Below, piece after piece: positions 18,949 to 28,483 of a stretch of 64,000 bases of DNA. Made by a program: the position numbers and the translations under genes. Below the pieces are notes generated by a model. It was given only the letters and a program-made list of their open reading frames with translations. It searched no databases and was not told the origin of the DNA. This DNA is from an uncultured bacterium (GTDB lineage: Bacteria > Verrucomicrobiota > Kiritimatiellia > CAIKKV01 > CAITUY01): assembly GCA_903908715.1 (NCBI GenBank), contig CAIVSY010000053.1, forward strand, positions 1,943-65,942, written 5' to 3'. How positions within the stretch are numbered: the first letter of the stretch is position 1; the number at the start of each line of letters is the position of its first letter.

Positions 18949-19599
18949 CTAGACCTCCCCGATTTGCATGATCTCGCCGCGATATGGCCAGGCATCCCAA
19001 TTTGCAACCAAGCCTTTACGTACCGGATTGTCACGCACGTAGCACCATTTCTCCCGGTAGCTCTCATTGTGACGCAGCAGATGATCGAAGAACCCATCCT
19101 GCCAGATGGAGATGGAGGTCGGCTGCGAAGAAAAGGCGCCGCCGGGGACGGCGGCTACTACACGCCCTGCGTCTTGTGTAGTAGCGGCTGTCTCAGCCGC
19201 GCTCTGCTGCCCCGGCGCTGCACGCCCTGTGTCCTGTGTAGTAGCGGCTGTCTCAGCCGCGCTCTGCTTCTCAGCCGCGCTCTGCTCCTCAGCCGCGCTC
19301 CTCTGCTGGGCATACGCCTTTCCCATCACGCGCTTGAGTCCGCGAACCCACGGCCCCAACTTCGTGTCGCCGCCGATCCGCACGAATAGGTGGACATGAT
19401 CGGGCATGATCACGTATTGCCCCACCCCTACCCCATGCTCCAGTGCCGCCTCCGCGTACGAGCGAAAGGCATCATGGAGAATCGGTGTCGCCAGAACAGG
19501 ACGGCGATTCAGTGTGCAAAAGGTAATAAAATAAAGTGGCGGCGTGTAATCCTGAAAAACAAAAGGCAACCGAGGTGGGCGGTGTATAGCGTTGGGCAT
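18949..19599 (-). mobile_element. rayT: REP-associated tyrosine transposase (RAYT, Y1 HUH family) with its own REPs inserted in-frame
   Basis: YFITFCT, YVIMPDHVHL (HUH), WQDGFFDH, YVRDNPV; flanked by GTAG REPs on both sides. Confidence 0.92.
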
Positions 19600-19620
19600 G
19601 GGTAGAAATCCTAGTCCTGT

Positions 19621-19783
19621 GTAGTAGCGGCTGTCTCAGCCGCGCTCTGCTCTCAGCCGCGCTCTGCTCTCAGCCGCGCTCTGCTCTCAGCCGCGCTCTG
19701 CTCTCAGCCGCGCTCTGCTCTCAGCCGCGCTCTGCTCTCAGCCGCGCTCTGCTCTTCGGCGCGGCCGGGACGGCCGCTACTAC
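19621..19783. repeat. REPIN-like element: inverted GTAG REPs enclosing 7 perfect copies of a 17-mer
   Basis: GTAGTAGCGG ... (CTCAGCCGCGCTCTGCT)x7 at 19635-19753 ... CCGCTACTAC. Confidence 0.92.
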
Positions 19784-21306
19784 ACGGGCTGTGCGCTTGG
19801 GCGTTTACCTGCAATATACCGCGCCAGGATCCGCCACCACTTGCGCGAGACCTTTCGGCCAGAGGCCCAATAATTGGCATAGGCCCGCACCCACAATTTC
19901 ACGGCCGCCAGCCGGTCGCCCCGCTCAAACGCCATCCAACTCCCCTGCTGGCACTGGATCGACACCGCCGCCGGCTTGTATTCAGGCAGGGCCGACAACG
20001 CGCCCCCGGGCGCGAAGGCCTTGTCCAGCACCCGCAATACCTGCGGCAGGAACGTGCGCTCATCCCGGCTCAGGCTTCCCGGCGTTTCCCGGTAGTACAC
20101 CAACGGGGCATTGATGTGCCCGATATTGGGAGGAAGGAAGACTTTAGACTTTAGACTATAGACATTAGACGCAGCAGATGAGGGGACTTTAGACTTTAGA
20201 CCATAGACTTTAGACCTGAGCCCCGCACTTCCCGTATTCTCGTCTACGGTCTCTCCTCCCTCTCCCTGGTCTAAGGTCTGTAGTCTGTAGTCTGTAGTCT
20301 GTAGTCTGATATCTGCCGTCTGCCCTCCCTCCTTACCCCTTTCCCCTTGCCCCTTACCCTTCTGCCCTCCCCCTAAGGCTGCGACCCGCATCCACAGATC
20401 ATAGTCCTCCGGCCCGCGGAAGGACTCATCGAACCCGCCAGCGGCCAGCAGCGCCTCCCGCCGTACGAGAACCGTGGATGTCGCCACGCAGTTATGCCAG
20501 GCAAACTCTTCCAGCGGAATGAAGATGACTTTAGACTTTAGACTGTAGACATTAGACCGTGCCGTGTTTGGTGGTCCATTGTCTCCAGTCTCCAGTCCGT
20601 AGTCCGTCGTCCGTGGTCCGTGGCCCGTTGTTGGTTGTTGGTTGTTGGTTGTTCGTTGTCCGTCGTCCGTCGTCCGTAGTCCATCGTCTAAAGTCCATGG
20701 TCTATGGTCTATTGCCTGCAGTCCAGGGTCTATTGTCTGTTCTCCCACCCCCTCCGCAGTCCACTCCGCCCGGGGTCGGCAGTCCGTGGTCCGCAGTCCG
20801 TAGTCTCCCCCCCCCGCCACCCATCCACCACACCAGAGAACGACATCGGGCCACTGGGCGGCGCAGGCCATCTGCCGTTCCAACTTGTCCGGCAGCCAGG
20901 CGTCATCGGCATCGAGGAAGGCGATCCATTCGCCGGTCGCTTCCCGTATGCCCGCGTTGCGGGCCGCGGCGGGGCCGGCGTTGCGGGGAAGAACGTGAAG
21001 AGTGACGGGTGACGGGTGACTGGCAATCCATTTCCTCACGACCGTGACCGTATCATCCGAGGAACAGTCGTCGACCACAATCACCTCGTAACGGGATTCG
21101 GGATTCGAGATTCGAGATTCGGGATTCGACAGTTGCAAGGATCCGGCATCCCGCAACCCGCATCCTGTATCCGGATTGAGGTCTGAGGTCTGTAGTCTGT
21201 AGTCTGTGGAGTCTGCTTTCGCCCAGTACGTCTGGGCGAAAGCAGACTCCAGCGCCTCCACGATCGTGGATGAGCTGTTATAGGCGGGGATGATGATGGA
21301 GATCAT
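19780..21306 (-). CDS. GT2 glycosyltransferase expanded by three large heptamer-repeat inserts
   Basis: ISIIIPAYN, VIVVDDCSSD, AARNAG, IAFLDADD, GGFDESF..EDYDLW; low-complexity inserts lie between these motifs. Confidence 0.88.
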   Translation of the reverse strand: MISIIIPAYNSSSTIVEALESAFAQTYWAKADSTDYRLQTSDLNPDTGCGLRDAGSLQLSNPESRISNPESRYEVIVVDDCSSDDTVTVVRKWIASHPSPVTLHVLPRNAGPAAARNAGIREATGEWIAFLDADDAWLPDKLERQMACAAQWPDVVLWCGGWVAGGGDYGLRTTDCRPRAEWTAEGVGEQTIDPGLQAIDHRPWTLDDGLRTTDDGQRTTNNQQPTTGHGPRTTDYGLETGDNGPPNTARSNVYSLKSKVIFIPLEEFAWHNCVATSTVLVRREALLAAGGFDESFRGPEDYDLWMRVAALGGGQKGKGQGERGKEGGQTADIRLQTTDYRLQTLDQGEGGETVDENTGSAGLRSKVYGLKSKVPSSAASNVYSLKSKVFLPPNIGHINAPLVYYRETPGSLSRDERTFLPQVLRVLDKAFAPGGALSALPEYKPAAVSIQCQQGSWMAFERGDRLAAVKLWVRAYANYWASGRKVSRKWWRILARYIAGKRPSAQPV

Positions 21307-21387
21307 GGGAGCGCCTTCGGCGCGGTTATCGGTTATCCGTTGTTGGTTATTGGGAGGCGTACAGACGGAGGGTCTTCAGTCTACAGT

Positions 21388-21624
21388 CTATGGTCTAATG
21401 TCTACAGTCTCGCCCCCCTCCCGCCCCGCCTCTTCCACCAGCATGATAGGGATTCCGTCGCGGATGGGAAAGCGGAGGCCGCAGGCCGGATTCTGGCACA
21501 CGATCCACCCGGTCACCGAGCCTCCGGCTTCCGGCGGCAACGGCGTGCCGCCCTCCATTCGCACATCGCCCTTGCATTCCGGGCACGCCAGTATCTCCAG
21601 TAATTCCTGCCGAATCTCGCCCAT
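21388..21624 (-). CDS. Trm112-like (YcaR/UPF0434) protein with REP insert
   Basis: LLEILACPECK...C...FPIRDGIPIML. Confidence 0.85.
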   Translation of the reverse strand: MGEIRQELLEILACPECKGDVRMEGGTPLPPEAGGSVTGWIVCQNPACGLRFPIRDGIPIMLVEEAGREGGETVDIRP

Positions 21625-21651
21625 GATTTACCTCTCGCCTTGAAGATGATG

Positions 21652-21771
21652 GAACAGAAGGAAACAAAGGAAACGAAGCTGGGATTGATTGGTTTCCGCC
21701 GGAGGCGGAAGGAAAGGGCCTCTTTGTTACCTTCGTTAACTTCTGTTCAAACTCCTCGCATTTTGGTCTTC
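21652..21771. mobile_element. Palindromic MITE-like element, copy 1
   Basis: GAACAGAAGGAAACAAAGGAAACGAAG ... CTTTGTTACCTTCGTTAACTTCTGTTC; closely similar copy at 40088. Confidence 0.75.
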
Positions 21772-21857
21772 CGTCTCCAGTCTCCTCTTCCCGTAGTCCG
21801 TAGTCCGTCGTCCGTAGTCCCTCCCCTCCCCTCTCCCAATAGTCTAACGTCCAACGT

Positions 21858-22043
21858 CTACAGTCTCCCCCCCTCCCGCCCCGCCTCTTCCACCAACATG
21901 ATCGGGATACCTTCCCGGATCGGGAACTGCAACCCGCATTCCTGACTCTCACACCGGATATAATTTCCTTCCTGTCGGACTGGACTCTTGCAAATCGGAC
22001 AAGCAAGGATATTCATTAAGTCCTTTGATACGGCGCAAGTCAT
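21858..22043 (-). CDS. Trm112-like protein, second copy
   Basis: LMNILACPICK...C...FPIREGIPIML. Confidence 0.85.
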   Translation of the reverse strand: MTCAVSKDLMNILACPICKSPVRQEGNYIRCESQECGLQFPIREGIPIMLVEEAGREGGRL

Positions 22044-22837
22044 CCATTCCTCCTTGCCGCTATCACGGTGTGGACACCTTCCTCAAGGATTGAAAAGCCA
22101 TACGCCTTGACCGCCGCATCGAACTGACTTTCCTCACGGCTTTTTCCATGAAATTCGATTGCCAACATCCTAACCCGGTTCAACCATGAAACATCACTAC
22201 AGAACACCTCACGTTCAGCACCCTCAATATCCATTTTAACCACGTCTATTTGCGAGAATCCCGATAACTCAATTAGCCGCTGCATGGCGAAAGCATCCAC
22301 CATATTATCATCTGATGCGCCGCCATCCGTGTGACACCGACGTTGGTTCACATGCCCCTTCTCAAGCGGGGCCAGAGCGACCTGTCCATTGCACCCCCAA
22401 ACCGCTCCCTCAATCACTCTTGCATAACCAAGGGTTAACAAGGTCGATAGATTTTGCCTGAGAATTATCGCATTATCGTGCGCAGCCTCAACACAGAGCA
22501 AACTGACCCCTGGCCAGACTCCAGAGAAATACACGCTGGCCAACCCAATATTCGCGCCTAGATCAAGAACCGTGGAGACAGGCCCAGCATGTCGAACGAG
22601 AGACGCGTAGACTTTTTCAACAAAGATTTCACTAAAGGTATAATTGTCGTTGCTACCGGGTCCTATGACAATATCCTGCAAGAATGGGTTTCGCAGGGTG
22701 AGTCGCGCCGCTTGCATAGCATCCAAATTTCCTCCGCGATCATCTCGCAGGAGTCGCCAATATCGAATCAAGGAGGAAACCGTGAGTAGAGCGCCAAATT
22801 CCCGTATATACTCAATAGTCCAAGACTTCATGGTCAA
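22040..22837 (-). CDS. FkbM family methyltransferase
   Basis: VLDLGANIG, IDVVKMDIEGAE, IEFH. Confidence 0.92.
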   Translation of the reverse strand: MTMKSWTIEYIREFGALLTVSSLIRYWRLLRDDRGGNLDAMQAARLTLRNPFLQDIVIGPGSNDNYTFSEIFVEKVYASLVRHAGPVSTVLDLGANIGLASVYFSGVWPGVSLLCVEAAHDNAIILRQNLSTLLTLGYARVIEGAVWGCNGQVALAPLEKGHVNQRRCHTDGGASDDNMVDAFAMQRLIELSGFSQIDVVKMDIEGAEREVFCSDVSWLNRVRMLAIEFHGKSREESQFDAAVKAYGFSILEEGVHTVIAARRNG

Positions 22838-22869
22838 CCTAAAACTGTTCAGCAGAGATATGTGTGGAT

Positions 22870-23862
22870 CTAGATATATCGCGCCATGTTCTCCTGATAA
22901 TAGGCAACGGTTCGGGCAATACCACTCTCAAGATCTGTCATCGGCCTCCATCCAGAAGCCCGAGCAAGTTTGCTGATATTCGTCACGTAGTCGCCTGTTT
23001 CAACATTGACATAATCGGCGGGCCAAGGGACATAACGTACAGTCCCCTTACCGACCACTTTGGCTATACATTCCGTCATTTCCTTGAAGCTGATACCCGT
23101 GCCACTTCCGACATTGAATACCTCCCCGATACAGGCCTGCGATACGGCAGCAGAAATGAAGGCCTCCGCCAGATCATCCACGAAAATATAATCCCGGATC
23201 TGGCTCCCATCCCCAAATATGGTCAAGGGCTTCCCCTCCATCGCCAACCTTATGAACCAATTTACCATGGAATACTTCGAATGCCGCATCTGTGATCTGG
23301 GCCCATAGGGGTTCGCTATGCGGAACATGACAACCTTGATGCCATGAACCACGCTGTAGAACATGTACATGTTCTCAGCGGCGGTCTTATTCATTGCATA
23401 GGGGGTCCTAGGCCTTAACGGATGCGCTTCAGAGACTGGATTGGATTCAATGCGACCGAATTGCAATCTAGACCCGGAGTGGACAACAAGGGCGTCTGGA
23501 TTATGTCGGCGAACGCATTCAAGAACATTAAGGTGACCTATATAATTGATGTCAGCATCAAGGAACGGATCCTGCATGCTGTCATTGTGGCTAACCTGGC
23601 CAGCCAGGTTGAAGATGACATCCTTTTCTTGAACCAACCATTTCATCGCCTCCTTATCCCGAATGTCGGCAATATTGACGCGCATATCATTTCGAATACT
23701 GTCTATGTTGAAAAGATTCGCGCCATAGGGCTCAATGCGGGCATCAACGAGGGTAATGTCCGCGCCGAAGGGAACCAATTTGGCCGCGATCGTGCTGCCA
23801 ATCATCCCGAGCCCTCCCGTGATCAAGACTCGCTGTCCACGCCAAAAGTCACCTGCATTCAT
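22870..23862 (-). CDS. NAD-dependent epimerase/dehydratase
   Basis: ITGGLGMIG, FNLAGQ, YAMNK (YxxxK), NPYGP, RDYIFVDD. Confidence 0.93.
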   Translation of the reverse strand: MNAGDFWRGQRVLITGGLGMIGSTIAAKLVPFGADITLVDARIEPYGANLFNIDSIRNDMRVNIADIRDKEAMKWLVQEKDVIFNLAGQVSHNDSMQDPFLDADINYIGHLNVLECVRRHNPDALVVHSGSRLQFGRIESNPVSEAHPLRPRTPYAMNKTAAENMYMFYSVVHGIKVVMFRIANPYGPRSQMRHSKYSMVNWFIRLAMEGKPLTIFGDGSQIRDYIFVDDLAEAFISAAVSQACIGEVFNVGSGTGISFKEMTECIAKVVGKGTVRYVPWPADYVNVETGDYVTNISKLARASGWRPMTDLESGIARTVAYYQENMARYI

Positions 23863-23872
23863 CTGTCGTCTC

Positions 23873-25084
23873 CTATGCTTCACTCATGACTCTGGCCTGC
23901 TCACCCAAAGCCAAGCGATACTGTTCGAGAAATTTACCAACCATCACCTTGCGATCAAATGCGCACACATGGCGTCTGCCCGCTTCACCCATTTCTCGTG
24001 CTCGATTTGGATTTTTAACCAACCAACAAATTGCCTGAGATAAATCACGGCTATTGCGCGCGGGAACCACCAGACCAGTCTTCTGATGCAAATTGACCTC
24101 CGGGAGAGGACCGTAGTCCGAGGTGATTACCGGCAAACCTACAGCCATGGCATCCAGAAGTGCTAGGGGTAAGCCCTCGTGACTTACCGATGGCAGAACA
24201 AAACAATCGGCGTCTAATAAGAGCTCAATATGTTTATCGCTATGCCCAAGGAATCGCACAATCGGCGAAAGAGCTAAGGCTTGCACAAGGGCCTGTAGTT
24301 CCTCGGCTTCGTCACCATCTCCGACAATATCAAGAGTTACGCCAGTTCCGGCAAATGGATGCATAGCCTCGATCAGATATTTCAACCCCTTCATTGGATG
24401 CAGTCGCGCCACCGTGATTACCTTGAAGCCAGGGCCACTCCCGACCTCACGGGTTCTGGTGAGCGCCCGAAAACGGGAAACATCGACACTGTTCAACACC
24501 ACTTCACAACGACTATCACTAAAGCCCAACTCTTTACACCACTCGCGGGCACTATACCGGCTCGAGATGCAGATCCGGTTATATCCCCTGGCCGTGAGTC
24601 GAGCCAGCATGCGCCGCCACCAGACCTGTCCTGGCACCGGCGAAATAGGGAACAAGGCTACCGACGGGATACCAGCCACCTTTGCCGCCACTCCCGCCAC
24701 CTCATAACCATGCACGGTCACATGCATGACATCGACGACATTCCTCCTGAAAAGTTGGATGAGCCTGAAAATTTCCTGAACATTTCCCAAAATTGTTTTC
24801 AGGGACCTCGGCAAGATGGACAGAGCTATAGATTTGATAACCCATGGATCGGAAGGCTTAACACCTTGGCTGTTTCCCCCGGAATCCATTTTATCCAGCA
24901 CTTCAACCTCCTTCCACGGGACGCAGCTGATTCCCAATGCTCTGGCTTCATCCATCAAGCGTGAACCACTCAACCCGAATAGCACAGGCTCATGCCCAAG
25001 CTGCCGGACTGCAAGCATAAGATCTCGAATATAGAGCTCCGAGCCGCCCCAGCCTTCGATTGATGTGAAATATCCTATTTTCAT
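23873..25084 (-). CDS. GT4 glycosyltransferase
   Basis: WGGSE, VARLHPMKG, HEGLPLALLDAMAVGLP. Confidence 0.92.
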   Translation of the reverse strand: MKIGYFTSIEGWGGSELYIRDLMLAVRQLGHEPVLFGLSGSRLMDEARALGISCVPWKEVEVLDKMDSGGNSQGVKPSDPWVIKSIALSILPRSLKTILGNVQEIFRLIQLFRRNVVDVMHVTVHGYEVAGVAAKVAGIPSVALFPISPVPGQVWWRRMLARLTARGYNRICISSRYSAREWCKELGFSDSRCEVVLNSVDVSRFRALTRTREVGSGPGFKVITVARLHPMKGLKYLIEAMHPFAGTGVTLDIVGDGDEAEELQALVQALALSPIVRFLGHSDKHIELLLDADCFVLPSVSHEGLPLALLDAMAVGLPVITSDYGPLPEVNLHQKTGLVVPARNSRDLSQAICWLVKNPNRAREMGEAGRRHVCAFDRKVMVGKFLEQYRLALGEQARVMSEA

Positions 25085-25112
25085 GAGCTCGTTCAGGACT
25101 CATTGCCAATTC

Positions 25113-25829
25113 CTAAGCTTTCTTGTGGGATGCGAGCCGTAACCTCATGAAATAGATGAAACGCTTGATCTTTTCCAACGGGCTCCGCATGGCCGGCACT
25201 GTAAGCCCAGGCATCGTCCGCACAGAAGCTGCGTATTCACACAGCTCATGCTCAACTTGCTGGTCATCAAAACACAAATATTCCACTGCTTGGAAGGATC
25301 CGCTCCATTCAAATATCATTTCCACATAACGACTGTCGATTTGTCGGTTTGGCCCCACATCAGCGACAATCGCCCCTCGAATCACATGAAGCGAATGGGG
25401 CTTAAAGCGGAACACCAATTGACTTCCTTCGACAGACACCAGCCAGCGGTGATGGTAATAGCCGGCATAGCAGGGATGTTCAACTCCCCGGGACTGCTCG
25501 ACGATGCGCGATGGGGTCGATATGATTCCTGCCTTTGCTATGCGTTGAATTTCCGAGCAGACCCAGACCGGATCCCTGACATCTTCCAGCACATGCGTAC
25601 AATTAGCGTAGTCGAAATACTTATCAGGGAACGGCCAGGGCTTATGTTCGCAGATGTCGAGCGTGACCCAATGCTCCTCCGGAATGCCGTCATCCTGTCC
25701 GGCACCTTTACGCAGGGCACCTCGGGCCTTGTATGCCAACCCATCAATAACATAATCCGCTCTCGGAAGAGGATTCGCTCCTCCTCCCACATCAACAACC
25801 AATGCATCTTTCGGGATATTCTGGATCAT
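25113..25829 (-). CDS. Class I SAM-dependent methyltransferase
   Basis: VVDVGGG, PWPFPDKYFD, HVLEDVRDP. Confidence 0.8.
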   Translation of the reverse strand: MIQNIPKDALVVDVGGGANPLPRADYVIDGLAYKARGALRKGAGQDDGIPEEHWVTLDICEHKPWPFPDKYFDYANCTHVLEDVRDPVWVCSEIQRIAKAGIISTPSRIVEQSRGVEHPCYAGYYHHRWLVSVEGSQLVFRFKPHSLHVIRGAIVADVGPNRQIDSRYVEMIFEWSGSFQAVEYLCFDDQQVEHELCEYAASVRTMPGLTVPAMRSPLEKIKRFIYFMRLRLASHKKA

Positions 25830-25871
25830 TCTACTCCCTATGTCCTCTGCGCCCCTAAAAAGAGGTAAAGT

Positions 25872-27227
25872 TCAATATGTTGGATTGTCGTCTAACCGAA
25901 GCACCGACTCGAAACGCTTGATCATCGCAGCGCATGTCAGCGATTCAGCCCAGGTTTGTTGCCCAGCCTTACCCATTGTCTCGCGCAAAGCGGCATCTCC
26001 GGCCAGTCTCACCATCGCTCGGCTCCAGGCATCAATGTCATTGGGACTAACCAGCAATCCCGTTCTGCCATCTGCAACAATTTCGGGGACCCCACCAATC
26101 ATACTGGCCAGTACTGGCTTCCCCCGGCTCATAGCCTCCAGTAGAACCAAGCCAAATGCCTCGGGTTCACAGGACGCCAGAACCGCCACATCGCCCCCAT
26201 TGAAGTACAAATCCCCACGCGGTCTATACCCAAGGAACACGACCTCATTCCCCAATTTCAGCCGCTCCGCCTCCTCCTTTACGTCGTTGAAGCACTCCCC
26301 GTCCCCGATAAAAATCAAGCGCGCGCGCGGAAGGGAAGCATGGGATGCATTCGTAGCCGACGTTTCATTCGTCCAAGGAATGACATTCGCCCTTGGGTCT
26401 GCATCGAGGGAGCCCCCCCCTGATAAGGCCAATCCCCAATGCCCCCCAACCCCCACATTGCCTTGCCCTCCAATGCAACCATTCCCCAATGAAACCTCTT
26501 CCTTTCTAAGCATCCCCCATGCCCGCAGCAGGTTCATCTGGCCTTTCCAGCGAACAAACCGAGCTACACAAACGAAGTCGACCGTCCCGTCCGGCTTTTG
26601 GGGATAATCCTCCGGCACTGTTAAATCCGGAGGTTCCGCGCCAAGATGAACAACATGCCCCGGTATTGCCGCCACCCCAAGCTTACGCTTCCACAAGTCA
26701 CGCGACGCTGCTGAATTGAAAATCACCTCGGACACACACCACAGACACAACTTCTCGACACTTGTCCGCACAAAGTGCTTGGCACCCTCATCCTGTCCAG
26801 GATGGGTATGGCTAATAGACATAATCTTAGAAAACGGAAATACGACCCTGCAGGCAATAGGCAATGTTTCACACCCAAAATGATTCGTGACAATCACTTT
26901 TGTGCCGATTATCTTCCTGACCTTCCACACCCGCTTGATATCGCGCAATACTTGCACCAAATACGACAAGATTAGTGCGAGAAAGATGAAGCAGGATGAC
27001 TGATGCGTAATGCGTGGCGTGTTCACTACTCCCGCCATCAGCCCTCCGTTATCCGCCCACTGGCCTTCCGCCGTCTTCCCCTCGCCGTGCGGAACCTCAA
27101 TCACCTTAAAACGGTCCCCATGCTTTGCCAAACCTTTCTTCAGCTGTCCAATGAATGTAGTAACCCCACTTGGCAACATATCCATCATCGGTGGCGAAAT
27201 AAAGGCTATGTCCTTAGAACGGGTCAT
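25872..27227 (-). CDS. GT4 glycosyltransferase with a ~55-aa Gly-rich insert
   Basis: VARFVRWKG, EPEAFGLVLLEAMSRGKP; paralog of 53919-55121. Confidence 0.9.
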   Translation of the reverse strand: MTRSKDIAFISPPMMDMLPSGVTTFIGQLKKGLAKHGDRFKVIEVPHGEGKTAEGQWADNGGLMAGVVNTPRITHQSSCFIFLALILSYLVQVLRDIKRVWKVRKIIGTKVIVTNHFGCETLPIACRVVFPFSKIMSISHTHPGQDEGAKHFVRTSVEKLCLWCVSEVIFNSAASRDLWKRKLGVAAIPGHVVHLGAEPPDLTVPEDYPQKPDGTVDFVCVARFVRWKGQMNLLRAWGMLRKEEVSLGNGCIGGQGNVGVGGHWGLALSGGGSLDADPRANVIPWTNETSATNASHASLPRARLIFIGDGECFNDVKEEAERLKLGNEVVFLGYRPRGDLYFNGGDVAVLASCEPEAFGLVLLEAMSRGKPVLASMIGGVPEIVADGRTGLLVSPNDIDAWSRAMVRLAGDAALRETMGKAGQQTWAESLTCAAMIKRFESVLRLDDNPTY

Positions 27228-27265
27228 GTAGTAAGTCCCAGGGATCGCGATTCACACCTCACTTC

Positions 27266-28309
27266 TCACTCCGCAGTTATCTGCACAGGCGGCCACGGGA
27301 TGTTCCATTCACGTATCAACTGCCATACATACTGATGGGCATCTAGCATCTCTTGCGTATTCCAGGATAATCCGGAAACCAACCTCCGGATAAGATAGCC
27401 AGGCTCCTTCAGGGCTGCTCGCCCTAACCCCCATACAAAACGCCTCGGATCATCTCGCAGGCAGTCACGGCTCAATCCATAGCCTTCAAGATAGTACTGC
27501 TTCATACCGAACAGCATCTTATCCATCCAGCGGGGATCTTGCTTCCAGGATGCAGGAATCCTGCCTTGACACTCCTGAATTGTCTCCTCCGTCATCCGCA
27601 GGTTCTTTGCCCGCCAACCCGGCGTCTCGCCCCGCGAGGCCTGGCCCGGATGCACTCGCCACGTGGCGACCTTCTCCGGAGTATAGACCGTGTCCGCAAA
27701 GCTCGCCACCTTCATAGCCCAGAACCGGTCGGCAAAGGACTCACCCTTGCCAACATCCGTCCGAAATAGCCCCGCCTTTCTAACAACATCGGTTCTAAAC
27801 AAGGCCGATGTGATGGACGTCCAGGATGTGCCAAGCTGGGTATGAATGAGAAAATCCACCCAGCCGCTACGACGATGAGCCCGGGCCTGCCAGTCGCCCA
27901 AAAAGGATCCCGGGATCCCCTGTGTGGGCGGGATGATCCGCCCGGTGGAATCAATGAAATCGAACTGCCCGACCGCCACTCCGGCGTCCGGATGGCACGC
28001 CAACAGTCCCACCAGCGTCTCCAGTAAGTTCGGATAGGCCGTATCATCACTAGTGGCAATATACACATACTCCCCCCGAACCCGACGCAGACATTCGTTC
28101 CAGCCCGCAAAGAGCCCCTCGCGAGGCACCTGATACAGCCTGACGCGAGGATCATTCTGGTAACTACCGAAGAACTCCCACGCACCGTCATCGGAATGGC
28201 TGTCGCAAACGATCAGTTCCCAGTCACCCAGGGTCTGCGCAAGGATAGACTCCATCCTTGCGGGCAGAAATTCCCGTCCATTCAAGTTTGGCAGGCAGAT
28301 GGAGATCAT
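27266..28309 (-). CDS. GT2 glycosyltransferase
   Basis: MISICLPNLN, LIVCDSHSDDG, YIATSDD. Start moved downstream. Confidence 0.88.
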   Translation of the reverse strand: MISICLPNLNGREFLPARMESILAQTLGDWELIVCDSHSDDGAWEFFGSYQNDPRVRLYQVPREGLFAGWNECLRRVRGEYVYIATSDDTAYPNLLETLVGLLACHPDAGVAVGQFDFIDSTGRIIPPTQGIPGSFLGDWQARAHRRSGWVDFLIHTQLGTSWTSITSALFRTDVVRKAGLFRTDVGKGESFADRFWAMKVASFADTVYTPEKVATWRVHPGQASRGETPGWRAKNLRMTEETIQECQGRIPASWKQDPRWMDKMLFGMKQYYLEGYGLSRDCLRDDPRRFVWGLGRAALKEPGYLIRRLVSGLSWNTQEMLDAHQYVWQLIREWNIPWPPVQITAE

Positions 28310-28401
28310 GATGAGAGACTGAAGACTGTGGACATGAGACCACAGACCCAGAAACGCTGCGAGACAGAAAGACGTCGAGTCACACACTGCCCCCTAGGTT
28401 G

Positions 28402-28483
28402 CGGCGGCGACAGCGCGCCGCCCTCCAGAACCGGAGCAAGATGGTGATTCCTTCACATGGAGGGCGGCGCGCTGTCGCCGCCG
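28402..28483. repeat. TGGAG-type REP-like doublet overlapping the 3' end of the methyltransferase gene
   Basis: CGGCGGCGACAGCGCGCCGCCCTCCA and its reverse complement TGGAGGGCGGCGCGCTGTCGCCGCCG. Confidence 0.85.

Noticed and set aside
19635-19753. Possible CRISPR array
   Set aside because: Contiguous 17-bp tandem units with no spacers and no cas genes; part of a REPIN.
21395-22006. 203-aa minus-strand ORF
   Set aside because: Alternative-frame read-through of the two Trm112 genes and the repeats between them.
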